Below, in pieces: positions 27,837 to 36,472 of a stretch of DNA of 46,584 bases. The stretch is from Bacteroidales bacterium. GTDB taxonomy: Bacteria; Bacteroidota; Bacteroidia; Bacteroidales; UBA7960. The stretch covers positions 1 through 46,584 of the forward strand of contig SKUN01000020.1 of NCBI GenBank assembly GCA_007129945.1, in the 5' to 3' direction. The notes under the pieces were generated by a model. That model did no database searches. It worked only from the letters and a program-made list of their open reading frames with translations, and was not told the origin of the DNA. How positions within the stretch are numbered: the stretch's first letter is position 1; each line of letters begins with the position of its first letter. Position numbers and translations under genes: made by a program.

Positions 27837-29684
27837 TTATTTCTCCTCCAATAATTTAGTGAATGTTTCTGTGAGTTCCTGAACGTGGAAGGGCAGCCCC
27901 TGCACCTTATTGAATTGGTGATAATTAAATTCGGGATAAAGCATACGCAGGTAATTGACAAACTGCCCGCTGTTGAGCTCACAAACCACAATATTCTTGA
28001 ATCCTGCAAACAACTCCCTGGTATTTTTGGGAAGCGGCTTGATATAATTGAATTGTGCATGGCTGACCTTATGTCCCTCTGCCTGCATACGATTCACCGT
28101 TGATCGCAGGGCGCCTTCAGTACCTCCCCAGCCTACGACAAGCAAATCTCCGGTAGTATCTCCGCTCACTTCCTGGAGGGGTATATAATCAGCAATGCGA
28201 TTTACTTTCTCTTCCCTGATGTTAACCATCAGCTGGTGGTTTAACGGATCAGTGGACACATTTCCGTCAATGTTTGTTTTTTCCAGTCCGCCGATACGAT
28301 GCCTCAGACCTTCCATTCCCGGGAGTGCCCATTTACGCACCAGGGTTTTTTCATCCCTGCGGTACGGCTTGAAATTTGGATCATTGGGATCGGCCATCGG
28401 AGGTTTGATCCGGGGCATTTGATTCACATCCGGGATATGAAACAGTTCGGAACCAAATCCCAGGTACCCGTCTGTAAGCAAGATTACCGGTGTCATGTGC
28501 TCCATGGAATATTTGGATGCCAGATAAGCATATTCAAAGCAGTTCGCCGAACTGGAGGCAGCCATAACCATGAGCGGACTCTCCCCGTTGCGGCCGAATA
28601 ACGCCTGCATGAGGTCGGATTGCTCACTTTTTGTGGGCAACCCGGTTGAAGGGCCTCCCCGCTGCACGTTGACAATAACCAGTGGCAATTCGGTGATCAC
28701 CGCCAGGCCGAGGGCTTCGCTTTTCAACGACAGTCCGGGACCGGAAGTGGTCGTTACTGCCATAGACCCGGTAAAACTGGCTCCAATCGATGAACAGATC
28801 CCTGCGATCTCATCTTCTGCCTGAAACACTTTTGCACCAAGAGACTTGTGCTTGGATAACTCCATCAATATTTCCGTGGCGGGCGTAATGGGATAGGATC
28901 CGAGGAAGAGCGGACGTCCGCTCCTTTCGGAAGCGGCCAGCAAACCCCAGGCCGTGGCAACGTTCCCGGTAATATTCCGGTACCAGCCCTTTTTCATGGG
29001 TGCCGGATCTACCTTGAATACATATTTGATATCTTCGGCTTTCGCTCCGTAATCATAGCCTGCCTGCATGGCTGTTTCGTTGGCCTTGATCACGTCCGAT
29101 TTACCTGCAAACTTTTCCCTGAGAAACGCCCTGGGTTTATCCAGCTCACGGCCGAACAAAAAGAACATCAGCCCGAGCACAAACATATTTTTCGTGCGCG
29201 CTGCCATCCGCTTGTCAATTCCCATTTCAGTCAGACTTTCTTTGGTGAGATCCGCAATGGGGGCTTTAATCACGCGATAATCATCAAGTGATCCGTCCTC
29301 CAGGGGGTTCTCCATATAGCCGGCCTTCTCAATCGCTTTTCCTTCAAATGAGGAAGAATCAATAACAAGCGTGGCTCCCGGTTTTGCCCATTTCAAATTG
29401 GCACGAAGGGAAGCCGGATTCATGGCGACAATCACATCACACATATCGCCGGAAGTATAAATTTTCCTTTTCCCCATATGCATCTGGAACCCGCTCACAC
29501 CGGCGATGGTATTATGAGGGGCCCTGATTTCTGCGGGAAAATCAGGGAAAGTGGCCAGGTCATTGCCTGACAAGGCAGCCACGTCGGAAAAAATGGTGCC
29601 AGTCAGCTGCATTCCGTCACCGGAGTCGCCCACAAATTTGACCACCACATCCTCTAATTCTCTTACATCATGATTTTTTACCAT
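27837..29684 (-). CDS. korA: 2-oxoacid:acceptor oxidoreductase alpha subunit
   Basis: GDSGDGMQLTG, YPITPAT, QAEDEIA, TTTSGPG and QRGGPSTGLPT motifs. Confidence 0.93.
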   Translation of the reverse strand: MVKNHDVRELEDVVVKFVGDSGDGMQLTGTIFSDVAALSGNDLATFPDFPAEIRAPHNTIAGVSGFQMHMGKRKIYTSGDMCDVIVAMNPASLRANLKWAKPGATLVIDSSSFEGKAIEKAGYMENPLEDGSLDDYRVIKAPIADLTKESLTEMGIDKRMAARTKNMFVLGLMFFLFGRELDKPRAFLREKFAGKSDVIKANETAMQAGYDYGAKAEDIKYVFKVDPAPMKKGWYRNITGNVATAWGLLAASERSGRPLFLGSYPITPATEILMELSKHKSLGAKVFQAEDEIAGICSSIGASFTGSMAVTTTSGPGLSLKSEALGLAVITELPLVIVNVQRGGPSTGLPTKSEQSDLMQALFGRNGESPLMVMAASSSANCFEYAYLASKYSMEHMTPVILLTDGYLGFGSELFHIPDVNQMPRIKPPMADPNDPNFKPYRRDEKTLVRKWALPGMEGLRHRIGGLEKTNIDGNVSTDPLNHQLMVNIREEKVNRIADYIPLQEVSGDTTGDLLVVGWGGTEGALRSTVNRMQAEGHKVSHAQFNYIKPLPKNTRELFAGFKNIVVCELNSGQFVNYLRMLYPEFNYHQFNKVQGLPFHVQELTETFTKLLEEK

Positions 29685-29914
29685 AACGAACAACTGTTTT
29701 TTATAGATAAGAAGCTGAAAGGTTTTAAACCTAAACCGTTTATAAGCAATTAATTCTGCGAATTTACATGATTCTTACATATTCGCTTAGAAAAATCGGC
29801 ACTTTTTTTCTTTCTTCAGAGGGATGTAACATGCTGTTATCAGTAATTTTATTTAAATCAATTTCAAATTAAAGTCCAGAGGGAAAATTATGTAAAACCA
29901 TTTATGAAAGCCCG

Positions 29915-29922
29915 TATATTTG
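29915..29922 (+). promoter_or_regulatory. -7 element (TATATTTG) for the ferredoxin gene
   Basis: TAnnTTTG match ~44 nt upstream of the ATG at 29966. Confidence 0.55.
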
Positions 29923-29965
29923 TGGTGGAAATTAACTGATTTTAGAAACCAAAAAAAACAAAGAG

Positions 29966-30133
29966 ATGGCTTATATTATCAATGAAGATTGCACTGCATG
30001 CGGCAGTTGCATTGACGAATGCCCGGTTGATGCTATTTCTGAGGGTGATATCTACAAAATTGATCCTGACGTATGCACTGACTGCGGTGCTTGTGCAGAC
30101 GTCTGCCCCGTAGAAGCAATCCACCCCGCATAA
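29966..30133 (+). CDS. 2[4Fe-4S] ferredoxin (55 aa; not in ORF track)
   Basis: Manual translation MAYIINEDCTACGSCIDECPVDAISEGDIYKIDPDVCTDCGACADVCPVEAIHPA*, with two CxxCxxCxxxCP motifs. Confidence 0.96.
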   Translation: MAYIINEDCTACGSCIDECPVDAISEGDIYKIDPDVCTDCGACADVCPVEAIHPA

Positions 30134-30168
30134 GACCCGTCTGACCGGGTCTTCCCGGGTCAGAACAG

Positions 30169-30205
30169 AAAAAAGCCTGCATCATTCAATGTGCAGGCTT
30201 TTTTT
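30169..30205 (+). terminator. Intrinsic terminator after ferredoxin
   Basis: AAAAAAGCCTGCA...TGCAGGCTTTTTTT stem with U-tract. Confidence 0.85.
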
Positions 30206-30252
30206 ATGTAATTTGATGCCCGTAATCAGGTACCCTTATACATAAAGCAACT

Positions 30253-31086
30253 TTGACGCCCAGGGATCATACATATCAGAAGCCCCCGGACGGCACCATG
30301 ACCTTCTGGAGCCACCTGGAAGAGCTGCGCGGCCACCTGATCCGGTCCGCCATAGCCGTTGTGGTATTTGCCATTGCAGCCTTTGCAGCCAAGGACTTTC
30401 TTTTCAACAACATTATTCTCGCCCCCAAAGAACCTTACTTTCTCACCAACAAGGTTTTTTGCTGGCTGTCACAGCAATTGTCCATTCCAGCCTTATGCAT
30501 CAACGCAGACCCTGTGCAGCTGATCAATATTGACCTCGCCGGGCAGTTCACCACCCATGTGGTGGTTTCCCTGATCGTGGGGATCATCATTTCCATCCCC
30601 TACATCGTCTTTGAAATATGGCGCTTTATCCGGCCGGGACTGAATCCGGCTGAGAAAGCCAACTCACGATGGGCTGTGGTGGTTATCTCCGGGCTATTTC
30701 TTACCGGTGTGCTTTTTGCCTATTTTTTAATTGTGCCTTTGTCCATTAACTTCCTGGGGTCATACCAGGTAAGCGGGCTGGTCAGTAACCAGATCGCACT
30801 CCGGTCATTCATCACCACGGTTACCACTATCACTCTGGCCACCGGAATATTGTTTGAACTTCCCGTATTCGTTTTCTTCCTCAGCAAGGCAGGAATTCTC
30901 ACCCCCGAAACCATGCGGAAGAACCGAAAACTTGCCTTTGTGATCATCATTGCCCTTGCCGCCCTGATCACCCCTCCTGATGTATTCAGCCAGATCATGG
31001 TCGGTCTTCCGTTATTCGCACTGTACGAAGTGAGCATCCGCATCTCTCATCGCGTGGCCGTCAAAGAAGCAGAAGAAAGCATCTGA
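30253..31086 (+). CDS. tatC: Twin-arginine translocase subunit TatC
   Basis: MTFWSHLEELR, WRFIRPGL...E, FELP, ALITPPD and LYEVSI motifs. Start may be ATG 30298. Confidence 0.93.
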   Translation: MTPRDHTYQKPPDGTMTFWSHLEELRGHLIRSAIAVVVFAIAAFAAKDFLFNNIILAPKEPYFLTNKVFCWLSQQLSIPALCINADPVQLINIDLAGQFTTHVVVSLIVGIIISIPYIVFEIWRFIRPGLNPAEKANSRWAVVVISGLFLTGVLFAYFLIVPLSINFLGSYQVSGLVSNQIALRSFITTVTTITLATGILFELPVFVFFLSKAGILTPETMRKNRKLAFVIIIALAALITPPDVFSQIMVGLPLFALYEVSIRISHRVAVKEAEESI

Positions 31087-31164
31087 GCACATTGACATTC
31101 TGGCATTTAATCGGTATATTTGTTTGTAAAGGCATATTTATACAAACATTTAAACATTATATAT

Positions 31165-32817
31165 ATGAATAATGCACAATTCTATTACACCCGGCCAAAC
31201 AATGAACCAATTTATGAATACAGACCCGACACACCCGAGCGCAATGCCCTTGAGGCAGAACTGCAGCGACAAAGTGAACTGGAGCTGGAAATTCCGCTGA
31301 TCATTGGCGGCAAAGAGGTCCGCACCGGAGATACAGGCAAGGTGGTAATGCCACACAACCACCAGCACGTACTCGCCACCTATCACAAGGCTGGCAAAAA
31401 AGAAGTCAAAATGGCCATTGATGCGGCCCTGAAGGCCCACCGCGAATGGGCCGAGATGTCGTGGGTGGATCGGACGTCCATTGCCCTGAAAGTGGCTGGC
31501 CTGATCGCGGAAAAATACCGTGCCCTGATGAATGCATCCACCATGCTGGGGCAAGGAAAAAATGCCTATCAGTCGGAAATTGAGGCCGTTTGTGAAACCG
31601 TTGATTTCCTTCGTTTCAATGCGCATTATGTATCCGAAATTTATGACGATCAGCCTCATTCAGAGATTGGCAACCTTAACCGCATCGAATATCGGCCCCT
31701 TGAGGGTTTCGTGTTCGCCGTGACACCATTCAATTTCACCGCCATTGCATCCAACCTGGCCATGGCACCCGCCATCCTGGGGAATACAGTGGTCTGGAAG
31801 CCGGCCACAACCGCCCTGTTGTCCAATTATTACCTGATGCAGATTTACAGGGAAGCAGGAATGCCTGACGGGGTGATCAATTTTATACCCGGGAAAGGCA
31901 GTACGGTCGGAGACGTCGCCCTGAACGATGAGAACCTCGGCGGACTGCACTTTACCGGCTCTGAGCCCACCTTCAACCACTTGTGGAAAACCGTTGGTGA
32001 CAATATTGACAAGTACAAAACCTATCCCAGGGTGGTGGGAGAAACCGGAGGCAAGGACTTCCTGGTGATGCACAACTCCGCAGACCTGGACGAGGTGGCC
32101 ACGGCACTGGTTCGCGGTGCATTCGAATACCAGGGGCAGAAATGCTCGGCCGCTTCCAGGGCTTATATCCCGGCCTCCAAATGGCCGGACCTTGAGAAAA
32201 AGCTCAAGAACAATATCGCCATGATCAAAAAGGGAGATGTGCGCAATTTCTGCAATTTCGTCAATGCCGTGATCGACGAAAAGGCTTATGACAAGATCAT
32301 GGGCTATATCCAAAAAGCAAAGGACTCCCCGGAGGCGGAAATTATTGCCGGAGGCAACGGGGATAAATCGAAGGGATACTTCATTGATCCTACAATAGTC
32401 CTTACTTCCGACCCGCATTTTACCACCATGGAGGAAGAGATATTCGGCCCTGTACTGACTATATACATCTATGAAGACGAGGATTACGAAAAGACCCTGC
32501 ACCTTTGCGACGAAACATCGCCTTACGGGCTGACCGGGGCCATTTTCTCCAAAGACCGGACGGCCTTTGTCCGGGCCTGCCGCATCCTGAGATATGCCGC
32601 GGGTAACTTATACTATAATGACAAGCCGACCGGTTCCGTTGTGGGTCAGCAGCCATTCGGCGGGGCAAGGCGGTCAGGCACAAACGACAAAGCTGGAAGT
32701 TACATGAATCTGCTGCGCTGGATCAACCCGCGCTCAATCAAGGAAACATTCAATCCGCCAACCGACTTCAGGTATCCTTTCATGCATGAAGAACCGTGCT
32801 ACAGGGAAGAGGATTAA
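31165..32817 (+). CDS. pruA: L-glutamate gamma-semialdehyde (P5C) dehydrogenase
   Basis: RPLEGFVFAVTPFNFT, GETGGKDF, AFEYQGQKCSA, EEIFGPV and QQPFGGAR motifs. Start taken at ATG 31165; -7 box TATATTTG at 31115-31122. Confidence 0.93.
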   Translation: MNNAQFYYTRPNNEPIYEYRPDTPERNALEAELQRQSELELEIPLIIGGKEVRTGDTGKVVMPHNHQHVLATYHKAGKKEVKMAIDAALKAHREWAEMSWVDRTSIALKVAGLIAEKYRALMNASTMLGQGKNAYQSEIEAVCETVDFLRFNAHYVSEIYDDQPHSEIGNLNRIEYRPLEGFVFAVTPFNFTAIASNLAMAPAILGNTVVWKPATTALLSNYYLMQIYREAGMPDGVINFIPGKGSTVGDVALNDENLGGLHFTGSEPTFNHLWKTVGDNIDKYKTYPRVVGETGGKDFLVMHNSADLDEVATALVRGAFEYQGQKCSAASRAYIPASKWPDLEKKLKNNIAMIKKGDVRNFCNFVNAVIDEKAYDKIMGYIQKAKDSPEAEIIAGGNGDKSKGYFIDPTIVLTSDPHFTTMEEEIFGPVLTIYIYEDEDYEKTLHLCDETSPYGLTGAIFSKDRTAFVRACRILRYAAGNLYYNDKPTGSVVGQQPFGGARRSGTNDKAGSYMNLLRWINPRSIKETFNPPTDFRYPFMHEEPCYREED

Positions 32818-33845
32818 TGGATACGCAGTTCCCCCCGCAAGGGTTTTTGCAAATATTCCCTTAGACGATCAGAGGTATATCCGTTGCCAAGCAAATACAT
32901 CAGCTTGGTAACGGCAGCCTCGGTGGTCATGTCGTATCCGCTGACAACGCCGATATTAACCAGCCATGCACTGGTCTCATACTTCCCCTGATCCACTGAT
33001 CCTCCGCGGCACTGGCTTATGTTGCATACCAACAACCCCCGTGCAATGGCATTTTTCAGTTCTTCCCTGAACCAGTCGAGATGAGGCGCGTTCCCTGCCC
33101 CATAAGTTTCCATCACTACGGCTTTCAACCCGTCGATCGACAAGATCGCAGACACCACTGAACGACTGATTCCGGGAAACAGCTTCAGTACGGCAATGTT
33201 GTTGTCAAGCTGGGTATACACCCGGAGCTTATCACCTGAGGCTTGCCCGATGGCAACTTCATTGTATTTGATGTGCACACCGGCACGAGCCAGAACCGGA
33301 TAATTCACCGATAAAAAGGCTTCAAAGTGCTCCGCATTGTGTTTGTGGGTGCGGTTCCCACGATACAGCTGAGATTCGAAGAAAATACAGACCTCCGGCA
33401 CCACGGCTCTTCCCCCCTTTTTTGCTGCTGCAATCTCCAGGGCGGTGATAAAGTTCTCTTTCCCGTCAGTACGGATCATTCCGATGGGGAGCTGAGACCC
33501 GGTGAACACCACAGGTTTTGACAGGTTCTCCAGCATAAAACTCAGGGCAGAAGCCGAATAAGACATGGTATCTGATCCGTGTAATACCACAAAGCCGTCA
33601 TATGCATCATAATGGGCTTCGATCATCCTGGCAAGCCGGATCCAGATCGACGGTTCCATGTTCGAAGAGTCGATTACAGGGTCAAACGAAATACTGTCAA
33701 TCTGATAATTGAACCGTTTGATCTCCGGGATCTGATCGGTCAGATGCTCAAAATCAAATGGATTCAGGACGCCGGTGACAGGATCTTCCACCATACCAAT
33801 GGTGCCGCCTGTGTAAATGACAAGTATGCGAGGTTTTGGATTCAT
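32814..33845 (-). CDS. ansA: L-asparaginase type I
   Basis: IYTGGTIGM, DSSNM, HGSDTMSY, TGSQLP and DMTTEAAVTKL motifs. Confidence 0.93.
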   Translation of the reverse strand: MNPKPRILVIYTGGTIGMVEDPVTGVLNPFDFEHLTDQIPEIKRFNYQIDSISFDPVIDSSNMEPSIWIRLARMIEAHYDAYDGFVVLHGSDTMSYSASALSFMLENLSKPVVFTGSQLPIGMIRTDGKENFITALEIAAAKKGGRAVVPEVCIFFESQLYRGNRTHKHNAEHFEAFLSVNYPVLARAGVHIKYNEVAIGQASGDKLRVYTQLDNNIAVLKLFPGISRSVVSAILSIDGLKAVVMETYGAGNAPHLDWFREELKNAIARGLLVCNISQCRGGSVDQGKYETSAWLVNIGVVSGYDMTTEAAVTKLMYLLGNGYTSDRLREYLQKPLRGELRIH

Positions 33846-33856
33846 TTGGTCAATTG

Positions 33857-34070
33857 GTTAGTCGGAGGCTTCGCCTCCTCCAGTTAGTCGGGGCTATCGC
33901 CCCTCCAGTTAGTCGGCGCTGCGCGCCTCCAGTTGTTAGTTTGTCGAGGGCTGCCGCCCTCTCCAGTTGTTGGTTCCGGCGCTTCGCGCCTGTTAGTTGT
34001 TAGTTTGTCGAGGGCTGCCGCCCTCTCCAGTTGTTAGTTCCGGCGCTTCGCGCCTGTTAGTTGTTAGTTT
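33857..34070. repeat. Array of 7 GC-rich mini-hairpins in GTTAGTT-type linkers, including a 64-bp tandem duplication
   Basis: Hairpins at 33864-33878, 33890-33903, 33915-33927, 33946-33961, 33978-33990, 34010-34025 and 34042-34054. Linker TCCAGTTAGTC at 33879-33889 and 33904-33914. 33931-33994 equals 33995-34058 with 1 mismatch. Confidence 0.9.
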
Positions 34071-34075
34071 CCATG

Positions 34076-34318
34076 GCCCGTACAACCAACAACCAACTAA
34101 CAACCACCTGAGCCGTTTACCAGTCTATTGGCAGCTTCCCCTTCACTTCGCCCATGAGAACCAACAACCAACAACCTGACAGCTTCGTCCAGTGTTTTTG
34201 GGCAACCCCTACCGTTCCCAGCCCATGAGAACCAACAACCAACTAACAACCACCTGAGCCGTTTACCAGTCTATTGGCAGCTTCCCCTCAACTCCGCCCA
34301 TGAGAACCAACAACCAAC
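34076..34318. repeat. ~71-75-bp-period repeat module (GCCCATGAGAACCAACAACCAAC) overlapping the tatD 3' end
   Basis: Exact 23-mer at 34150-34172, 34221-34243 and 34296-34318, degenerate copy at 34076-34097. 34084-34172 equals 34230-34318 with 3 mismatches. Confidence 0.9.
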
Positions 34319-35079
34319 CCAAACATCCTCCGTGCATTGGCAGTGGTCACCTCAGCCACTTCCTCCACATCAACTCCTTTAATCTCTGCGATCCGCTCTG
34401 CGATATAGGACAGGTAGGCACTCTCATTTCTTTTTCCCCGGTAAGGAACGGGTGAAAGGAAGGGGGCATCCGTTTCCAGAATAAGATGCTTTAAATCCAC
34501 CGCTTCAACCACCTCTGCCATCAGGCTGTTCTTATAAGTGACCACACCACCGATCCCCAGCATGAACCCCATGTCTGTCACTTTCCCGGCCTGTGCTGCA
34601 TTTCCGGGAAAACAATGAAACACACCCGTCAGTGCAGGATCCTGCCTCGGAATGAGCACATCAAACAATTCATCCAGGGAGTTACGTGAATGCAGGATAA
34701 GGGGCAACGAATACTTTTTGGCCCAGTGAATATGGTGTTCCAGTGATTCCTTCTGCTCGGCGGCATAGGTTTTGTCCCAATACAGGTCAATGCCGGTTTC
34801 ACCGACGGCAACAAATTCTCCTTTTTCCAGCCACTTTTCGATATTGGCCAGTTCAGTTTTATAGGTGGTCTTCACGGAGGTTGGATGAAGCCCCATCATG
34901 GGCAGGCATTTCCCCGGGAACTGCCGGGCGGCGGCCATCATCGACACCACCGTGTGGCTGTCAATATTGGGCATGAGCAGGTGGCTGACCTGCGCCTTTT
35001 CCGCACGGTCAACCACCTCTGCCCTGTCATGATCAAACTGTTCCAGGTAAATATGCGTATGGGTGTCGATCAGTTCCAA
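34288..35079 (-). CDS. tatD: TatD family DNase/hydrolase
   Basis: IDTHTH, GLHP, AVGETGID, LHSR, GVFHCF and LETDAPFL motifs. TTG start. Confidence 0.92.
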   Translation of the reverse strand: MELIDTHTHIYLEQFDHDRAEVVDRAEKAQVSHLLMPNIDSHTVVSMMAAARQFPGKCLPMMGLHPTSVKTTYKTELANIEKWLEKGEFVAVGETGIDLYWDKTYAAEQKESLEHHIHWAKKYSLPLILHSRNSLDELFDVLIPRQDPALTGVFHCFPGNAAQAGKVTDMGFMLGIGGVVTYKNSLMAEVVEAVDLKHLILETDAPFLSPVPYRGKRNESAYLSYIAERIAEIKGVDVEEVAEVTTANARRMFGLVVGSHGRS

Positions 35080-35087
35080 AACACACC

Positions 35088-36278
35088 TTACTTAAGTACC
35101 TTCAGTTCTTTTCCGATTTTAATAAAGGCTTCCACACACTGGTCAAGGTGCGCTGTTTCATGGGCCGCAGAAACCTGTACGCGGATTCGCGCCTGCCCCT
35201 TGGGTACAACCGGATAGTAGAAACCGATCACATAGATGCCTTCCTCCAGCAATTTGGCTGCAAATTCCTGTGACAGCGGAGCGTCATACAACATTACGGC
35301 TACGATGGCAGATTGTGTAGGCTTCAGGTCAAACCCGGCATTCTGCATTTTTTCCATGAAGTATTCGGTATTGCGGTGCAACTTGTCCTGCAATTCATGG
35401 GTTTCCGCCATCATATCAAACATCTTGATTCCTGCATTCACCACACCCGGGGGCAGTGAATTGGAAAAGAGATATGGCCTGGAACGCTGACGCAGCAATT
35501 CAATGATTTCTTTACGACCGGTGGTGAATCCGCCAATGGCGCCGCCGAATGCCTTACCCAGTGTACCGGTGATTATGTCCACTTTGCCACGGATATCAAA
35601 CAATTCCGTTACGCCGCGTCCTGTCTTTCCAACCACGCCGGCAGAGTGGCATTCATCCACCATCACCATGGCATCATACTTCTCAGCAAGGGCAACGATC
35701 TTGTCCATCGGAGCTGCATTGCCATCCATGGAAAACACCCCGTCGGTCACAATGATGCGGAAACGCTGTGCCTGTGCTTCCTTGAGTTTGGCCTCCAGGT
35801 CTTCCATGTCCGCATTCTTATAACGATAACGTGCAGCTTTGCAAAGCCTCACCCCGTCAATGATCGAAGCATGGTTCAGTGAGTCGGAAATAATCGCATC
35901 CTCGTCGGTGAGCACGGGCTCAAACACCCCGCCATTGGCATCAAAACATGCTGCGTAAAGAATGGTGTCTTCGGTGCCAAAATACTCAGCAATTTTCTTT
36001 TCCAAAATTTTGTGATAATCCTGGGTGCCGCAGATGAACCGCACAGACGACATTCCGAAACCCCTTTCATCCATTCCCTCTTTGGCTGCCTGTATCAGTG
36101 CCGGATGGTTGGAAAGGCCCAGGTAGTTGTTCGCACAGAAGTTCAGCACTTCCTGCCCCGACTCCACCTTGATCTTTGCATCCTGCGGTGTTACAATAAT
36201 CCGCTCTTCCTTATATAACCCGGCGTCCCGGATACCCTTCAATTCCTGCTGAAGATGTTCCTTGATTTTTCCGTACAT
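35088..36278 (-). CDS. kbl: 2-amino-3-ketobutyrate CoA ligase (glycine C-acetyltransferase)
   Basis: NFCANNYLGL, SSVRFICGTQ, LNHASIIDG, TGTLGKAFGG and RQRSRPYLFSN motifs. Start taken at ATG 36278. Confidence 0.95.
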   Translation of the reverse strand: MYGKIKEHLQQELKGIRDAGLYKEERIIVTPQDAKIKVESGQEVLNFCANNYLGLSNHPALIQAAKEGMDERGFGMSSVRFICGTQDYHKILEKKIAEYFGTEDTILYAACFDANGGVFEPVLTDEDAIISDSLNHASIIDGVRLCKAARYRYKNADMEDLEAKLKEAQAQRFRIIVTDGVFSMDGNAAPMDKIVALAEKYDAMVMVDECHSAGVVGKTGRGVTELFDIRGKVDIITGTLGKAFGGAIGGFTTGRKEIIELLRQRSRPYLFSNSLPPGVVNAGIKMFDMMAETHELQDKLHRNTEYFMEKMQNAGFDLKPTQSAIVAVMLYDAPLSQEFAAKLLEEGIYVIGFYYPVVPKGQARIRVQVSAAHETAHLDQCVEAFIKIGKELKVLK

Positions 36279-36328
36279 ATCAGTAATTCGCTTTTGGTGT
36301 ATAAAATGAAACAATTATTAGTCAGAGG

Positions 36329-36421
36329 CAAAGATATTGTTTTTGATAATAAATGCACGTAAACAACACCCGAACCTGGTAGTTAATCACTTAAAAAAAT
36401 CAATAAAAATCGTTACATTTG
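36329..36421. promoter_or_regulatory. Divergent -7 elements for kbl (TATCTTTG on -, 36329-36336) and tdh (TACATTTG on +, 36414-36421)
   Basis: Both match the Bacteroidota TAnnTTTG consensus. Confidence 0.55.
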
Positions 36422-36472
36422 CGCCCAACCGCGTAATAATCTATTTTATAAACGATTAAACTTTAAAACAGC

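Noticed and set aside
27836-28060. N-terminal extension of korB in the ORF track
   Set aside because: Overlaps the korA 3' end in another frame; the ATG at 27835 directly after the korA stop is the more plausible start.
29942-30124. 60-aa minus-strand ORF
   Set aside because: Antisense shadow of the ferredoxin gene at 29966-30133.
33997-34179. 60-aa ORF in the tatD-ansA spacer
   Set aside because: Lies wholly within repeats, has a TTG start, low-complexity translation and no recognisable motif.
34076-34318. CRISPR array
   Set aside because: Only three exact low-complexity 23-bp units, two of three spacers near-identical, the last unit inside tatD, no cas genes in the window and no AT-rich leader.
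30253-35079. tatC and tatD as a Tat operon
   Set aside because: Opposite strands, separated by pruA and ansA; TatD is a nuclease not needed for Tat export, and no tatA was found in the window.
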